This document shows, one piece after another, positions 18,848 through 28,970 of a stretch of DNA of 64,000 bases. The translations under genes were made by a program, and so were the position numbers. The notes beneath the pieces are model-generated. The model searched no databases and was not told where the DNA came from. It saw only the letters and a list, made by a program, of their open reading frames with translations. Source of the DNA: a virus. The first letter of the stretch is position 1. Every line of letters starts with the position of its first letter. The stretch is from positions 1 to 64,000 of IMG/VR virus record IMGVR_UViG_3300044701_004608. One strand, given 5' to 3'.

Positions 18848-19542
18848 AGTGTAAGGTCTCTATCTTGTAATTTCAGTGCGGCTTTCGCGATCATGTCGAT
18901 GGCACCCATGTTGCGCAGGGTCTTGAATGTGAGGTTCTCTACTCCGAACTCGCCACCGGACTCTAGTCCGGCTTTCCGCATGTCGCGCAGTCGCTTCAAT
19001 ACCATTTTCAAATCGTCGGCCGATTCGGCATGCTCCATGCTCTTGCGTATCAAGTTCAGCATCGACTTGACTTTGAGTTGTATGGCGCGGCCATCGATCT
19101 CGGGTTCATCATGTTGGGGTTCTTTGATCCACTCGTCGTTCATTAGGCTATACATGCCACCCGAGTGTGGGGGATTGTCATCGTCTTCGATGTAGAGTTC
19201 GATCTCGTGATCCTGGATCATGATGTCGTGGGCATCGTTCCAGATCTTCTTCTTGGCATTGTAGAAGTTTTCTGCGATGTCAGGACATCGTAGGCTGTCG
19301 TAGTCAGTGACCACATGTAGGTCGAAATCGCTGAAGCGATTCCAGTTGTAGTTGGCGTTAGATCCTGTCAGCACTATGTCTAGGACTTGGAAATTCGGTA
19401 TCTCAAGATACTCCACGAACTGCTTCGCTACTTTCAGCAAGTGTGCGCGGATCTCAGGTCGGAGGCTGGTGCCTTGCCAGGCCACTGGATTCAGTGTGTC
19501 GTTGTAGCGTGTGGTCTGGGCCAACAAGTCTCGTGCGTTCAT
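18844..19542 (-). CDS. Pol-beta superfamily nucleotidyltransferase
   Basis: LTGS...SDFDLH motif and third acidic strand IELY. Confidence 0.8.
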   Translation of the reverse strand: MNARDLLAQTTRYNDTLNPVAWQGTSLRPEIRAHLLKVAKQFVEYLEIPNFQVLDIVLTGSNANYNWNRFSDFDLHVVTDYDSLRCPDIAENFYNAKKKIWNDAHDIMIQDHEIELYIEDDDNPPHSGGMYSLMNDEWIKEPQHDEPEIDGRAIQLKVKSMLNLIRKSMEHAESADDLKMVLKRLRDMRKAGLESGGEFGVENLTFKTLRNMGAIDMIAKAALKLQDRDLTL

Positions 19543-20345
19543 TATCTTTTACAGGTCTTTTTCTTGTCGTCGGCCACTGTCTTGTAATCGATGTTCCAGA
19601 TTGGGGCCTTGGTTGTCTTATTTACCGCTGGCGATAACGGGAAGTTTATACCGCTAAAACGCTCGATGTCAGCGATGGTAGTCTGTACGCGGCCGAGATC
19701 TTTACCAAGATCTTCTCGATGTGGGAATATGAAAGCCAAGGCTTCGTTGGTGCGCTGGTCCACGATGATCTTGAAGAAGCCCTTGGGCACCACCACACCA
19801 GATCCGATCTTGGGATCTGTGGCTGTGTCATAGATGGCGCCAGCATAGACGATCAAGGTAGTTTTGCGTTCAAACGCCCAAGCACCTGTGGCTGTCTCCA
19901 ACAGTTTCCATATGCCGCGATTGAGTCCGGGCAACTGTGGCATCATGTTAGTCATCAGGAACGATTCGTATTCCACCATCTCTGCCCAGCTCTGGTGTGC
20001 GTCGTTGGCCAAGTGACCTTTGTCGTAGCCGGTGCCGGCATAATCTTGTGGAGAGGCAGAACTAGGGATATATTGGTTCCTAGTGAAACCATCTGTTCGT
20101 GGCCAGCAACCGTTCACGCGATCATGGCGGACTTGCCAGGCGCCCCACACAGGGATCTTGGCTTGATTGTCATGCCCAAGATAATAGCCTTCACGGCATT
20201 CGTTAGTCACAGATGGTTTTTGGCTTTTAGGAGTGCCCCAAGGTGCGTGTATAGCACAGGCTGTTTCGGGAAGTGGAGCTCGCTGTTGCCAAGCCCAGAC
20301 CGGGGAAGTTAATAGAAATACTAATGCTAGTAGAACGCGACGCAT
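19542..20345 (-). CDS. Secreted DNA/RNA non-specific endonuclease (NucA/EndA type)
   Basis: Signal peptide; GYDKGHL, NMMPQ..LNRG.W..LE motifs. Confidence 0.9.
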   Translation of the reverse strand: MRRVLLALVFLLTSPVWAWQQRAPLPETACAIHAPWGTPKSQKPSVTNECREGYYLGHDNQAKIPVWGAWQVRHDRVNGCWPRTDGFTRNQYIPSSASPQDYAGTGYDKGHLANDAHQSWAEMVEYESFLMTNMMPQLPGLNRGIWKLLETATGAWAFERKTTLIVYAGAIYDTATDPKIGSGVVVPKGFFKIIVDQRTNEALAFIFPHREDLGKDLGRVQTTIADIERFSGINFPLSPAVNKTTKAPIWNIDYKTVADDKKKTCKR

Positions 20346-20385
20346 ACTTGATCCTTTTTGGTAGATCAAGTATTTATCGTAGCAG

Positions 20386-20988
20386 TTATTTCAGTGCGAC
20401 TTCCGTGTAGTCGTAGTTGGCCATATGGCCCCAGCTCTGGGATATACGCTTTTCGCTGTCGTCTGCGTCCAATATCACACGCAATAGACGTGCTCCGTTT
20501 GAGATATGGAAACGTGCCACGGGATCTCGCTTGTTTTCCAGGAATTCACGCAAGCCAATGACATCAGGGCATTCGTCAAAGTTTTCACGAAGCGTGGGGA
20601 TAGGACTCATAGTAGTGAAATGCCGGATATCGGGATATTTTTCGCGTATGATCTCTGCGGCTTCTAACACCAAGTCAGCACCGATATTTTTGGTAGAAGA
20701 TTCCACGTCTGTGCGGAACACAGAATAGAAGATAGCGTGTGTGGCCTGCTCGATGGGCACGATGTCAGAGCCGATGTCTAAGATATCGCTGATCTTGTCG
20801 GGCAAGCCACGAGTATATGCTACGCAGAGCACAGCGATAGGTAGTCGGTTTTCTGTGCGGAAGAAGATCTCTCGATCTTCTTTGGTCCTGCGTTTTACAG
20901 GTCGATCTTCACTGATCCCGTGGACTGGGTCCTGATGTAGATACTCTAAATAAGAGTCTGCTCCGGGGAATAAGTGATTCACTATCAT
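20386..20988 (-). CDS. Malonyl-CoA decarboxylase C-terminal-like protein
   Basis: [33 protein letters not shown]. Confidence 0.75.
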   Translation of the reverse strand: MIVNHLFPGADSYLEYLHQDPVHGISEDRPVKRRTKEDREIFFRTENRLPIAVLCVAYTRGLPDKISDILDIGSDIVPIEQATHAIFYSVFRTDVESSTKNIGADLVLEAAEIIREKYPDIRHFTTMSPIPTLRENFDECPDVIGLREFLENKRDPVARFHISNGARLLRVILDADDSEKRISQSWGHMANYDYTEVALK

Positions 20989-21581
20989 ACTTCTCTTTTC
21001 TCGATGATCTTGTCGATTAGACCGTAGGCCAAGGCTTCCTCGGCGGTCATGAAGTTGTCGCGTTCCATGTCGGGTACAAACTCTTCGTAGGTCTTGCCGA
21101 TGCTGTTGTGCTTGACATAGAGTCCGGTCAGGAAACGCTTCATGCGCATGATCTCTTCGACCTGGATCAGCATGTCAGTGGCTTGTCCACGAGCACCACC
21201 CAAGGGTTGGTGGATCATGTGTCGAGCATGCGGTAACATGAGTCGCTTGCCGGGTGCGCCAGCAGTGGCCAGCAATGAACCCATGGAGCAAGCCTGGCCC
21301 ATCACGATGGTCGACACGTCGGGCTTGATGAACTGCATGGTATCATAGATGGCCATGCCGTCGGTGATGCTCCCGCCCGGGCTGTTGATATAGAACAGGA
21401 TGTCAGAATCGGGGTCTTCGGCCTCCAGGAACAACATCTGGGCTACCAGTAGCGATGCTGAGTGTTCGTTGACATCCGTGTCTAGGATGATAATCCGCTC
21501 TTTGAGCAAGCGGCTGTAGATGTCATAGGCACGTTCGCCGTTTGAGGTCTTTTCTAATACAGTTGGTACAAAGTTTGGCAT
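20985..21581 (-). CDS. clpP: ATP-dependent Clp protease proteolytic subunit
   Basis: [36 protein letters not shown]. Confidence 0.97.
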   Translation of the reverse strand: MPNFVPTVLEKTSNGERAYDIYSRLLKERIIILDTDVNEHSASLLVAQMLFLEAEDPDSDILFYINSPGGSITDGMAIYDTMQFIKPDVSTIVMGQACSMGSLLATAGAPGKRLMLPHARHMIHQPLGGARGQATDMLIQVEEIMRMKRFLTGLYVKHNSIGKTYEEFVPDMERDNFMTAEEALAYGLIDKIIEKREV

Positions 21582-22693
21582 TTTTCACCCATCCGTTGAT
21601 ATAATTCAGGAAATGTCTCAGGGAAACTCTGATCCCTGTGTTTGTCTAGTATTTTAACATAACGCATCAATATGTCAAGCCTATCACTGTGATCATCGGC
21701 CCACATGGCATCCAAAATAGGCAATAGAGCCGGGTCTCGACAACGCTCAGTGATGGCCTGTTTGGCTTCCTCAGGCAATACCGTTATGGAATATTGCTCG
21801 GGTCGGGACACCAATCCGAGGTAAGGATCGGGCAGGCCTTCCCGCCTACACCATTCTATGAACTCAGGTAGGTGCCAGATGGTGAAAACGCTGACGCTGT
21901 GGCTTATGGATATCTGTAGGTTAGGCAACACCGAACGGAGTCCATCATTGAAGTACTTGACGTTCATGTAGACTTCTTCCCAGTTCGCGGGCCAACGATT
22001 GTATTCGAACACACCATAGATGCCATCGATGCTGATCTGGAGATCCACTTTCTTGAACTGGCTCCAGCGTTCCAATAGTTCGGCACAGGGCATCTGTGTA
22101 CCATTGGTGATATAATGTAAGCTGACTTCTGATGCTCCATGACCGATGATATGATCCAAGAAGTCGATATGCTGTTCTTTGCCGGCTAGGAAAGGCTCGC
22201 CACCAGGAAACTCTATGTGCTTGACCTTCTCTAGTAAGGCTTTGATGTGCCGCATGAAGTGGTCGTCACGGTAGTAGCGTTGGTGACCGTAGATCTTGAT
22301 CTCGGGAAAGTTTGCGGCCAGCTTGCGGCTTTCTTGTCCCCACTTGCTGGAAGCATGGCTACCACATATTCGGCAGGCTAGATTACAGGTGTTGCCAAAA
22401 GGCAAGCTGATCACCGCGAGATAGTCATGATCAGGTTCCTGCTCTTGGAAAACATACTGCCAGTCCAGTTGTCGCTTGCTGGGCAGGCCGGAATCTTCAT
22501 CTCGCCAGCAACGAGCACAACCTGCGGGCCGTTCACCTCGTTCAAAGGCCTGCTTGAGTTCTTCAAGCTCGTTGCTGGCGAAATAGCCTTGTAGGTCGTG
22601 TGCTATAGGGTGGGAGTATTTACAGCAGGGTTTGAAATCGCCTTGCGGACTGATGTCAAGCCCCACCCAGGGGTGGTGGCATAGTGACATCAC
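21554..22693 (-). CDS. Radical SAM protein with N-terminal twitch/SPASM-like domain
   Basis: [20 protein letters not shown]; N-terminal PCC and CARC. Confidence 0.85.
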   Translation of the reverse strand: MMSLCHHPWVGLDISPQGDFKPCCKYSHPIAHDLQGYFASNELEELKQAFERGERPAGCARCWRDEDSGLPSKRQLDWQYVFQEQEPDHDYLAVISLPFGNTCNLACRICGSHASSKWGQESRKLAANFPEIKIYGHQRYYRDDHFMRHIKALLEKVKHIEFPGGEPFLAGKEQHIDFLDHIIGHGASEVSLHYITNGTQMPCAELLERWSQFKKVDLQISIDGIYGVFEYNRWPANWEEVYMNVKYFNDGLRSVLPNLQISISHSVSVFTIWHLPEFIEWCRREGLPDPYLGLVSRPEQYSITVLPEEAKQAITERCRDPALLPILDAMWADDHSDRLDILMRYVKILDKHRDQSFPETFPELYQRMGEKCQTLYQLY

Positions 22694-23271
22694 TTCTTTA
22701 CGCGACGTTTGTGGACTTCGGCGACATGATCGCAGAGTCCGAGTTTGAGTGCTTCTTGGGCACTAAGATAGACATCATGCGGTGGTAACAAATGTTTGCG
22801 GATGTTTTCGTCAGAAAGGTTGGTACACACACGATAGTGATTGAGCATGCGCTCTTGTGTGAGTTCATACTCTTTGACCACTGCGAACAGTTCGTGCTCT
22901 TTGCCCGATGTGCCCCAGGAGAACTGGTGACTTAGGATCGAAGTGTTCGGGGTGAGCACCCGGCGACCAGCCGTGCCAGCCAGGAATATCAGCAATCCGC
23001 ATGAAGCGATACAACCTAATCCCACGGTCTTGATAGGGATGGTGCTGGCGTTCATGACGTCGATGAGCGCGAACCCATCCACTACCGAACCACCGTCCGA
23101 ACAGATCATCAGGATCAGTTCTTTCTTTTTGGTCTTCTGGACATGATTCTCGATCAAGATCCATTCGATCACGGGTTTGACATTCTCTTCGTTGATGTCT
23201 CCCATGAGGACGAAAATACCTGCGTCCTGTGTGCTTAACTCCGGGGTATCGTTGTAATTTTCTTGTGGCAT
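22690..23271 (-). CDS. Second, divergent ClpP-family protease
   Basis: ICSDGG, IASCG, LSHQ, DVYLSAQEAL.LGL.D. Confidence 0.85.
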   Translation of the reverse strand: MPQENYNDTPELSTQDAGIFVLMGDINEENVKPVIEWILIENHVQKTKKKELILMICSDGGSVVDGFALIDVMNASTIPIKTVGLGCIASCGLLIFLAGTAGRRVLTPNTSILSHQFSWGTSGKEHELFAVVKEYELTQERMLNHYRVCTNLSDENIRKHLLPPHDVYLSAQEALKLGLCDHVAEVHKRRVKK

Positions 23272-23372
23272 ATTATATGATCAAAAAAAATGTTGGAACG
23301 GCGCTACTTAGACTATTATATAGCATACATAGCGCCGAGCCAACATTTTTTGGCTAAAACTCTATGGCGGAT

Positions 23373-23951
23373 TTACTCGCTTTTCTCCTTCTGCTGATCC
23401 AATTCTTTGAACTCAGCATCGCGACGGGTGATAGCCAAACGAGCCTGGCGGTTAGCTTCTTTGGTAGTCGCCAACACATTAGCCTCGCCCATCGGGAGTG
23501 CTACTAGCACATAAGCACGGAAACGGGTGCCGTCGCGAACCATTTTAGTATCAGTGACGTCTGCGCCCGTGATATCCACGTTAGGGCACATGGATTTGAT
23601 GGCCGTGGTATTGAGCTGGGTGCTGGTGCGCTCGGTATCCGTCCGGAATACTTTGGTCTGGCTCTTCACTTTGCCGCCTGCGGCCATACAGATGCCTTCG
23701 AACGCATTGGTGCGAGCGATGCCCAAGGCCATGTTGTAATCGCCCGAAGTAGCCGTCCCTGACGCATATACAGCATCTTTGGATTTGGGCAGTTCTGTCA
23801 TCCATTTTGGTGCTTGGTCAAGAGCACGATCGACGGCCTTTTCCTGGCGCTCACGTGCGTCTTCGGCACGTTTTTCATAGATGTCAGTGGTGCCACAACC
23901 AGTGAGGATGGCGCCGATAGCAGTTACTAGGATAAGACGTTTCATGTTCAA
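23373..23951 (-). CDS. Lipoprotein, LPP20-like
   Basis: Lipobox LTGC; APKW motif. Confidence 0.7.
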   Translation of the reverse strand: MNMKRLILVTAIGAILTGCGTTDIYEKRAEDARERQEKAVDRALDQAPKWMTELPKSKDAVYASGTATSGDYNMALGIARTNAFEGICMAAGGKVKSQTKVFRTDTERTSTQLNTTAIKSMCPNVDITGADVTDTKMVRDGTRFRAYVLVALPMGEANVLATTKEANRQARLAITRRDAEFKELDQQKEKSE

Positions 23952-23997
23952 ATCTTCCTTTAGGGGTTACGATAGTGTAATAATAGCATTTAATGAT

Positions 23998-24453
23998 TTA
24001 TTGGTCAACCATGGGTTGCCAGCGATCTATGACGGGTTTAGCCCGTTTTCCATCGTAGCATCTTTGGCCCTGGCTGTACCCATTTTGGGTGGAATCACGG
24101 ACGGTCACGCATCCTGCGGGTTTTGGCGTGTTTGGACAGTAATTTTCCAGATCACGGATATAACTACGGATCACCGCTTGTGTGCGCCGATCGTATACGT
24201 TCCTGCGCTCATCATATGTCCCATCCATCAACGACCAGATAGTGCCTCCGATGCTAGTAACGGCCATGGAATCGCGTTGCTGTTCCCAATTCGAAGGCAT
24301 CTGGGCCCGTAACCACGTCATTTGTTCTTCTTTCCGGCTACAATCGGGCACGAAATGGTTCAGATCATCTATACTCATGCGCCGGGTATCATCAGCATAA
24401 CAAGCCACGGAGATCGCCAAAAGTGGCACCATCCAAAAACGCTTCATTGGCAA
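23998..24453 (-). CDS. Hypothetical exported protein
   Basis: Signal peptide; PDC..KEEQ motif resembles neighbour. Confidence 0.7.
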   Translation of the reverse strand: MPMKRFWMVPLLAISVACYADDTRRMSIDDLNHFVPDCSRKEEQMTWLRAQMPSNWEQQRDSMAVTSIGGTIWSLMDGTYDERRNVYDRRTQAVIRSYIRDLENYCPNTPKPAGCVTVRDSTQNGYSQGQRCYDGKRAKPVIDRWQPMVDQ

Positions 24454-24674
24454 TATCCTTTCAGGCGAGAGATATAGAAATCTAACTTTCGATCGGCTAG
24501 GTATGGATCTTCGCTAGGGTGTGGCTCATACTTTTTGAGTTCGGTGAGATAGCGTATCTGGCGGTCGCGATTTTGGCAATCGGGCGCCATGCCCATGAGG
24601 GTGTTGGATGGGGGACGATGCTGGGCACAGCCCACCAAGGCAACCAAAAATAAAGGCACTAGGAACGATCTCAT
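24444..24674 (-). CDS. Small lipoprotein
   Basis: Lipobox LVGC; PDCQNRDRQ. Confidence 0.7.
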   Translation of the reverse strand: MRSFLVPLFLVALVGCAQHRPPSNTLMGMAPDCQNRDRQIRYLTELKKYEPHPSEDPYLADRKLDFYISRLKGYCQ

Positions 24675-24705
24675 AGTGCCATTGTATGCGTATATTATTT
24701 TCTAG

Positions 24706-24960
24706 TCAAACGATTTCGGGGATTTTGGGCGAAAATTCAATTTTTGGGTCAACCAAACGATCGGTATAAGGGTTGTAGTAATAGACTTGGTTGTCGGGCC
24801 CACGGAATGGACCATGTAGGACGGGGTGCGGCCCCCAGCCATCTAGCATGAAGCCTTTTTCGAAATCTTTCAATACCCTCGAGGAGTAAATAGTCATTGA
24901 ATGCTTTCGTATTAGTCGAACAACATTCTTACTTAATGTCGTTATAGTTTTATTAAACAC
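24706..24960 (-). CDS. Hypothetical protein, start uncertain
   Basis: ORF track. Confidence 0.45.
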   Translation of the reverse strand: MFNKTITTLSKNVVRLIRKHSMTIYSSRVLKDFEKGFMLDGWGPHPVLHGPFRGPDNQVYYYNPYTDRLVDPKIEFSPKIPEIV

Positions 24961-24979
24961 TATTAGAAAGGGAAAGTCA

Positions 24980-25336
24980 ATGAGTGCCTACTGGGGCTAT
25001 CACCTGATGTTGGACTGTAGCGGGTGTACTGGAATCGACAGCAAAGAAAACATCTACAATTTCACCAAGGACTTAGTCCGTCGCATCGACATGGTCGCGC
25101 ATGGCGAGCCAATCATCGAGTATCTGTTACCCGGCGATCCCAAACAAGGTTACAGCATGTTACAGTTGATCACTACCAGCAACCTGTCGGGCCACTTCAT
25201 GGAGCTCGACGGGACCGCTTACTTTGATGTGTTCAGTTGTAAAGAGTTCGATATCGAGACGGTCAAACAGATAGTCACGGAATACTTCTCACCCGCCAAG
25301 ATGCGTGTGAACTTCTTGACTAGACACGCCGATTAA
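24980..25336 (+). CDS. speD: S-adenosylmethionine decarboxylase proenzyme-like
   Basis: G.HLMLD, ITTSN cleavage region, DVFSCK. Confidence 0.8.
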   Translation: MSAYWGYHLMLDCSGCTGIDSKENIYNFTKDLVRRIDMVAHGEPIIEYLLPGDPKQGYSMLQLITTSNLSGHFMELDGTAYFDVFSCKEFDIETVKQIVTEYFSPAKMRVNFLTRHAD

Positions 25337-26099
25337 GGAACCAGTCTCGCACATAGCCGAGACCTTTGTAGTCTAGGACGTTTGGGGTCATTGACATTAT
25401 GCTGTCGATGACCTTTTGTTTTTTCTCTTCGTCCCGGAAGGTATCTCGCAACGGCTCCATATACACACGGATCAAGAATAGTGCCGCCCGGTCCTCCACA
25501 GGGATGGTCACTTGACGCTCCACACGGAACCACATGTCATCTAGCGTCTCCGAAGTCCAGGGTTCGCACACACTGGGATGGCGAGCCAATCTCGATCTGT
25601 TGGCGATGGTCCATACATGTCGTATGAAAGGTCCGCGGGTGGTGATCATCTTGGCGATGTGTCCAGCGGCTTTGTTGACTGTTTCAAAGTCAGGCACGGG
25701 TTCGTGTATTTCCAAGAAGGTCTTGTTGGCTTTGGTGCGTGGATCCCAGCCCGATGGCAAACACACCGACAGGATCTGCGCTGATAGGTCACCGTTTTTG
25801 TTGGGAGCCCATATCACGAAATCCTCTTGTAGTGCTCGCGTCAACTGCCACACAGGTGCGTCACCTTCGATCATAGGCGCCCGGGGATCAAACTGTCGTA
25901 ATGCTCTCACCGCCGAGTATACCAAGTCCACCGAAGCAGAGTCGCCATAGACAGGCCCATAGTTTTCTAGTTTGGCGTCTTGATATCTTTGGAAGTCTCG
26001 ATCTTCAGTGAGTATGGGCTCACCAGGTTGCCATGGCCGCATGTGTGGCCGCATGGCATAAGGTGTCTCGACAGGGAACGGGATACTACCTGAAAACAT
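25320..26099 (-). CDS. DUF3445 / heme-dependent oxidative N-demethylase alpha-like protein
   Basis: LQEDF, VCLPSGW.P..K, IHEPVP, RVERQ. Confidence 0.75.
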   Translation of the reverse strand: MFSGSIPFPVETPYAMRPHMRPWQPGEPILTEDRDFQRYQDAKLENYGPVYGDSASVDLVYSAVRALRQFDPRAPMIEGDAPVWQLTRALQEDFVIWAPNKNGDLSAQILSVCLPSGWDPRTKANKTFLEIHEPVPDFETVNKAAGHIAKMITTRGPFIRHVWTIANRSRLARHPSVCEPWTSETLDDMWFRVERQVTIPVEDRAALFLIRVYMEPLRDTFRDEEKKQKVIDSIMSMTPNVLDYKGLGYVRDWFLNRRV

Positions 26100-27099
26100 A
26101 ACTAGAAAAATCGTCTCGTGCCAGGTTCTTGGCTTTTGATTCGCACATGATATCGGCATACTCAGAAAACTCAGCGGCCCACTCGTTGACAGCGCGGTTC
26201 CAATAGAAGTCCGAATGCGCTCGTAACTTGGCCTTCTTGTGGCCTTGCGCTAGGAGAGATTGAAAATCCGGGCGAGTGTTACTACAATGATCAATGAGCA
26301 CATCCTCGCGACTGACGGAATAATGGACCACAGGACGAACGCCGCGCCAACTATCACGGACACGTTGAAAGCGAGGATCTTTAGGGGTGATGTATTCTCC
26401 GGCACTGTTGATCCAATGATGATGTATGTCTAGCACCAAAGCGAGATGGTCTGCCAGTTCGAGTGAGGATTCGATTCCCCAGGACATCTCGTCGTTTTCG
26501 ATAGTAATACAGTTTCGCGCCTCTGGTGAGAGACGCCCAAGGACGTCGAGGATACCGGCTGGACCGCGTTTACCCGCGATGTGGACATTGATCTTAAAGT
26601 CCTGAAATCGTTTACCGTACCCCATCCAACGGGCCATATCTGCATGATATTCAAACTCCTCTATAGAGTTATTTACGATGCCTTCTGACTCAGAAGCCAA
26701 AACGCAAAACTGGCCAGGGTGGAAACTAAGACGAACATCCCTCTCGCGAGCCATATCGCCCACGGCGGCAAATCTTCTTTCGCACTCACTCCTAACGTCG
26801 GGCCTCCGCCAAAACTCGCGCCAATCGCGGTGAGTATATACAGGCAGTATATCGCTGCCGAGTCGAACCATCCTATGAGTTTCATCATATTCTCCCACTC
26901 GTTTTACTAATGCTTGTACAGCGTCGATGTTCTTGATCATCAAGTCCCAGAGTCGTTGCTCTGCTTCTCCACGCGACTGCCTGCTGAGCCAAGCGACCGT
27001 GGTCGCACCGGTATTGAAACCTTCTACGTTTTCGTAGAGTTTTTTTGGATGTGCTTGTACATATTTACAAGCGAAACCTATGCGGGGAGATGTAAACAT
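26086..27099 (-). CDS. uvsE: UV DNA damage endonuclease
   Basis: RIGFAC, RLSFHPGQF, IENDE, LDIHH, RAHSD, CESKAKN. Confidence 0.93.
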   Translation of the reverse strand: MFTSPRIGFACKYVQAHPKKLYENVEGFNTGATTVAWLSRQSRGEAEQRLWDLMIKNIDAVQALVKRVGEYDETHRMVRLGSDILPVYTHRDWREFWRRPDVRSECERRFAAVGDMARERDVRLSFHPGQFCVLASESEGIVNNSIEEFEYHADMARWMGYGKRFQDFKINVHIAGKRGPAGILDVLGRLSPEARNCITIENDEMSWGIESSLELADHLALVLDIHHHWINSAGEYITPKDPRFQRVRDSWRGVRPVVHYSVSREDVLIDHCSNTRPDFQSLLAQGHKKAKLRAHSDFYWNRAVNEWAAEFSEYADIMCESKAKNLARDDFSSYVFR

Positions 27100-27126
27100 G
27101 ATGCTAGTATAGCATCGAAGGGAATA

Positions 27127-28194
27127 TTAGTCAATGATTCCGAAATTGGCCCATTTTGCGCCACCCAAACAGACCCAACCCATCGGGCCACCGAGACTGG
27201 GGTTAGCGTTAAACACCACTGTGCCTTTGGTGCTTTCATGACTAGGTGCCTGAGTAGAACTGGAAAAGGTCTGTGAACCAATTTTCAGTTTATCGATCTT
27301 TGTAGAGCCATCTGTTTCACAGATGATATTTTCTTTATTGTTACTGCTAACGATCACACGCTGAGCCCTTGGAGTATTGATCCAAGTGGTGTCTTTGTAT
27401 CGTTTACCAATTTGTAATTCAGTTTCCTCGTCCCATACAGCCAAAGCAGAACTAGGATCCATGGTGTTGATGCCCACACGTTTCTTAGAGGCATACAAAC
27501 TTTCGCCGAGCAAAGACTCGCCGTTAACCTGTAGTTGTTTAAGTACGCCCACAGTCTGTAAGCTACTATCTGTGATCGATGGCATGAGTTGACCGTTGCG
27601 TATGACTTCTTTGCCGTCGACTTTGATGGTGGTAAGATCTAGACCGTTCTTCTTGATAGATTCAAACAGTATATCACTGTAATCTTCAAACAAAGAATGA
27701 TCGAGACTGGCTTTGACCTCGTTGGAACTGTAAGTCACTAAATTTTTAAACATAGGGCTGTCTACAGGTATTATGCCGCGGACGATCACATCCCCTTCTA
27801 ATGTAGTCAAGCCTTTGACATTTAGTTCTTTAACAACCAACGTGTTTTCTACCACGGTGTTGTTGTCCATGATTGTGACTTGGCAATCGGTGGCCCGGTC
27901 ATCAATGCCGGTACTACCAAACCCGGCGATGATACCACCGTTTATGTTATCGCCAGAGAGTTTTTGGCCTTTAAAGTTCAGTGCAGATAATGGTATTGAT
28001 TGGTCTGGAAAATCCAGAGTTCGTAGATTTTCTTTGATGACTTTGCTAAAAGCATCAACGGTGAGTTGGTCGAATTTTTCTGACCGCTCGGCAATAGCAT
28101 TAGTCAAGGCAGTTTCTATATCTGCCTTGATGTTTTCAATGACTTGTTTTGTTATGCCGTCTATCAGTGATTTGAGTTGTTTTTCAATATCCAT
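27127..28194 (-). CDS. Hypothetical, probably virion structural protein
   Basis: Long ORF; SSLQTVG.L and RVGINT fibre-like segments. Confidence 0.7.
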   Translation of the reverse strand: MDIEKQLKSLIDGITKQVIENIKADIETALTNAIAERSEKFDQLTVDAFSKVIKENLRTLDFPDQSIPLSALNFKGQKLSGDNINGGIIAGFGSTGIDDRATDCQVTIMDNNTVVENTLVVKELNVKGLTTLEGDVIVRGIIPVDSPMFKNLVTYSSNEVKASLDHSLFEDYSDILFESIKKNGLDLTTIKVDGKEVIRNGQLMPSITDSSLQTVGVLKQLQVNGESLLGESLYASKKRVGINTMDPSSALAVWDEETELQIGKRYKDTTWINTPRAQRVIVSSNNKENIICETDGSTKIDKLKIGSQTFSSSTQAPSHESTKGTVVFNANPSLGGPMGWVCLGGAKWANFGIID

Positions 28195-28933
28195 CGTCTT
28201 CGTCGAATCGTATGCTAATTACATGTTCGTAATTCTTTTTGATTAAGCTCTTGTACATGAGATTCTTGTGTACTGTGAATCCCGCGGCTCCCGCATCATG
28301 CGAAAACTTGGCTAGTTGTTTGAAGTACATCGTCCTACGGCTGAACGGCCCCCAGGTGCGGAGAGAACCATTTTTCTCGATTTCATGTACCTGTGTAGTC
28401 CAGTGTGCGCGATCTTTGATATCCCAATCGTGTATTTCGATGTACGACGTGTAGTCATTACCATTACGCACTAATGCTGGTATACTGAATTCTCGATCTT
28501 TGAAGTCGAGATTCTTGTAATCCTTTAAAGTACTTATCACGAATTCTTTGGCTAGGCTACATAAAAATTTGATCTGCTCTTGCTGGTCGGCGTCTGACGT
28601 CGCGAAAGTGAAATACTCCTCTAGCGCGATCACGCTGTCAAATGCTTTGACATGATTCCCGAGCTCAGACGGATCAATATATGTGTATTTAATTTTTTGG
28701 GAATCCAACCACTCTCGGCAAGCTTCTGTGAGCTGTGTGGCATAGATATTTTTCACAGAGCAACCGATGATGCTGGGTGTGAACCCAACATATAAAACGC
28801 TGTTGGGCATCATGTTGTGGTACCCGCCAACTTCCCGCAGGATCTCCTGCTTTCTTGCGATAGCATCTTGTGGTTTTGTGTTGCGTTTTAGGGCTTCTAA
28901 TGTAGCCTCTGTGTATCTTGCGAATTGAGTCAT
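28184..28933 (-). CDS. Hypothetical protein, possible degenerate methyltransferase fold
   Basis: SVLYVG and FDSVIAL resemble class I MTase motifs. Confidence 0.5.
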   Translation of the reverse strand: MTQFARYTEATLEALKRNTKPQDAIARKQEILREVGGYHNMMPNSVLYVGFTPSIIGCSVKNIYATQLTEACREWLDSQKIKYTYIDPSELGNHVKAFDSVIALEEYFTFATSDADQQEQIKFLCSLAKEFVISTLKDYKNLDFKDREFSIPALVRNGNDYTSYIEIHDWDIKDRAHWTTQVHEIEKNGSLRTWGPFSRRTMYFKQLAKFSHDAGAAGFTVHKNLMYKSLIKKNYEHVISIRFDEDDGY

Positions 28934-28970
28934 ATCCCTTGATTTTTCTTTTTAAATATCGCTTGAATAT

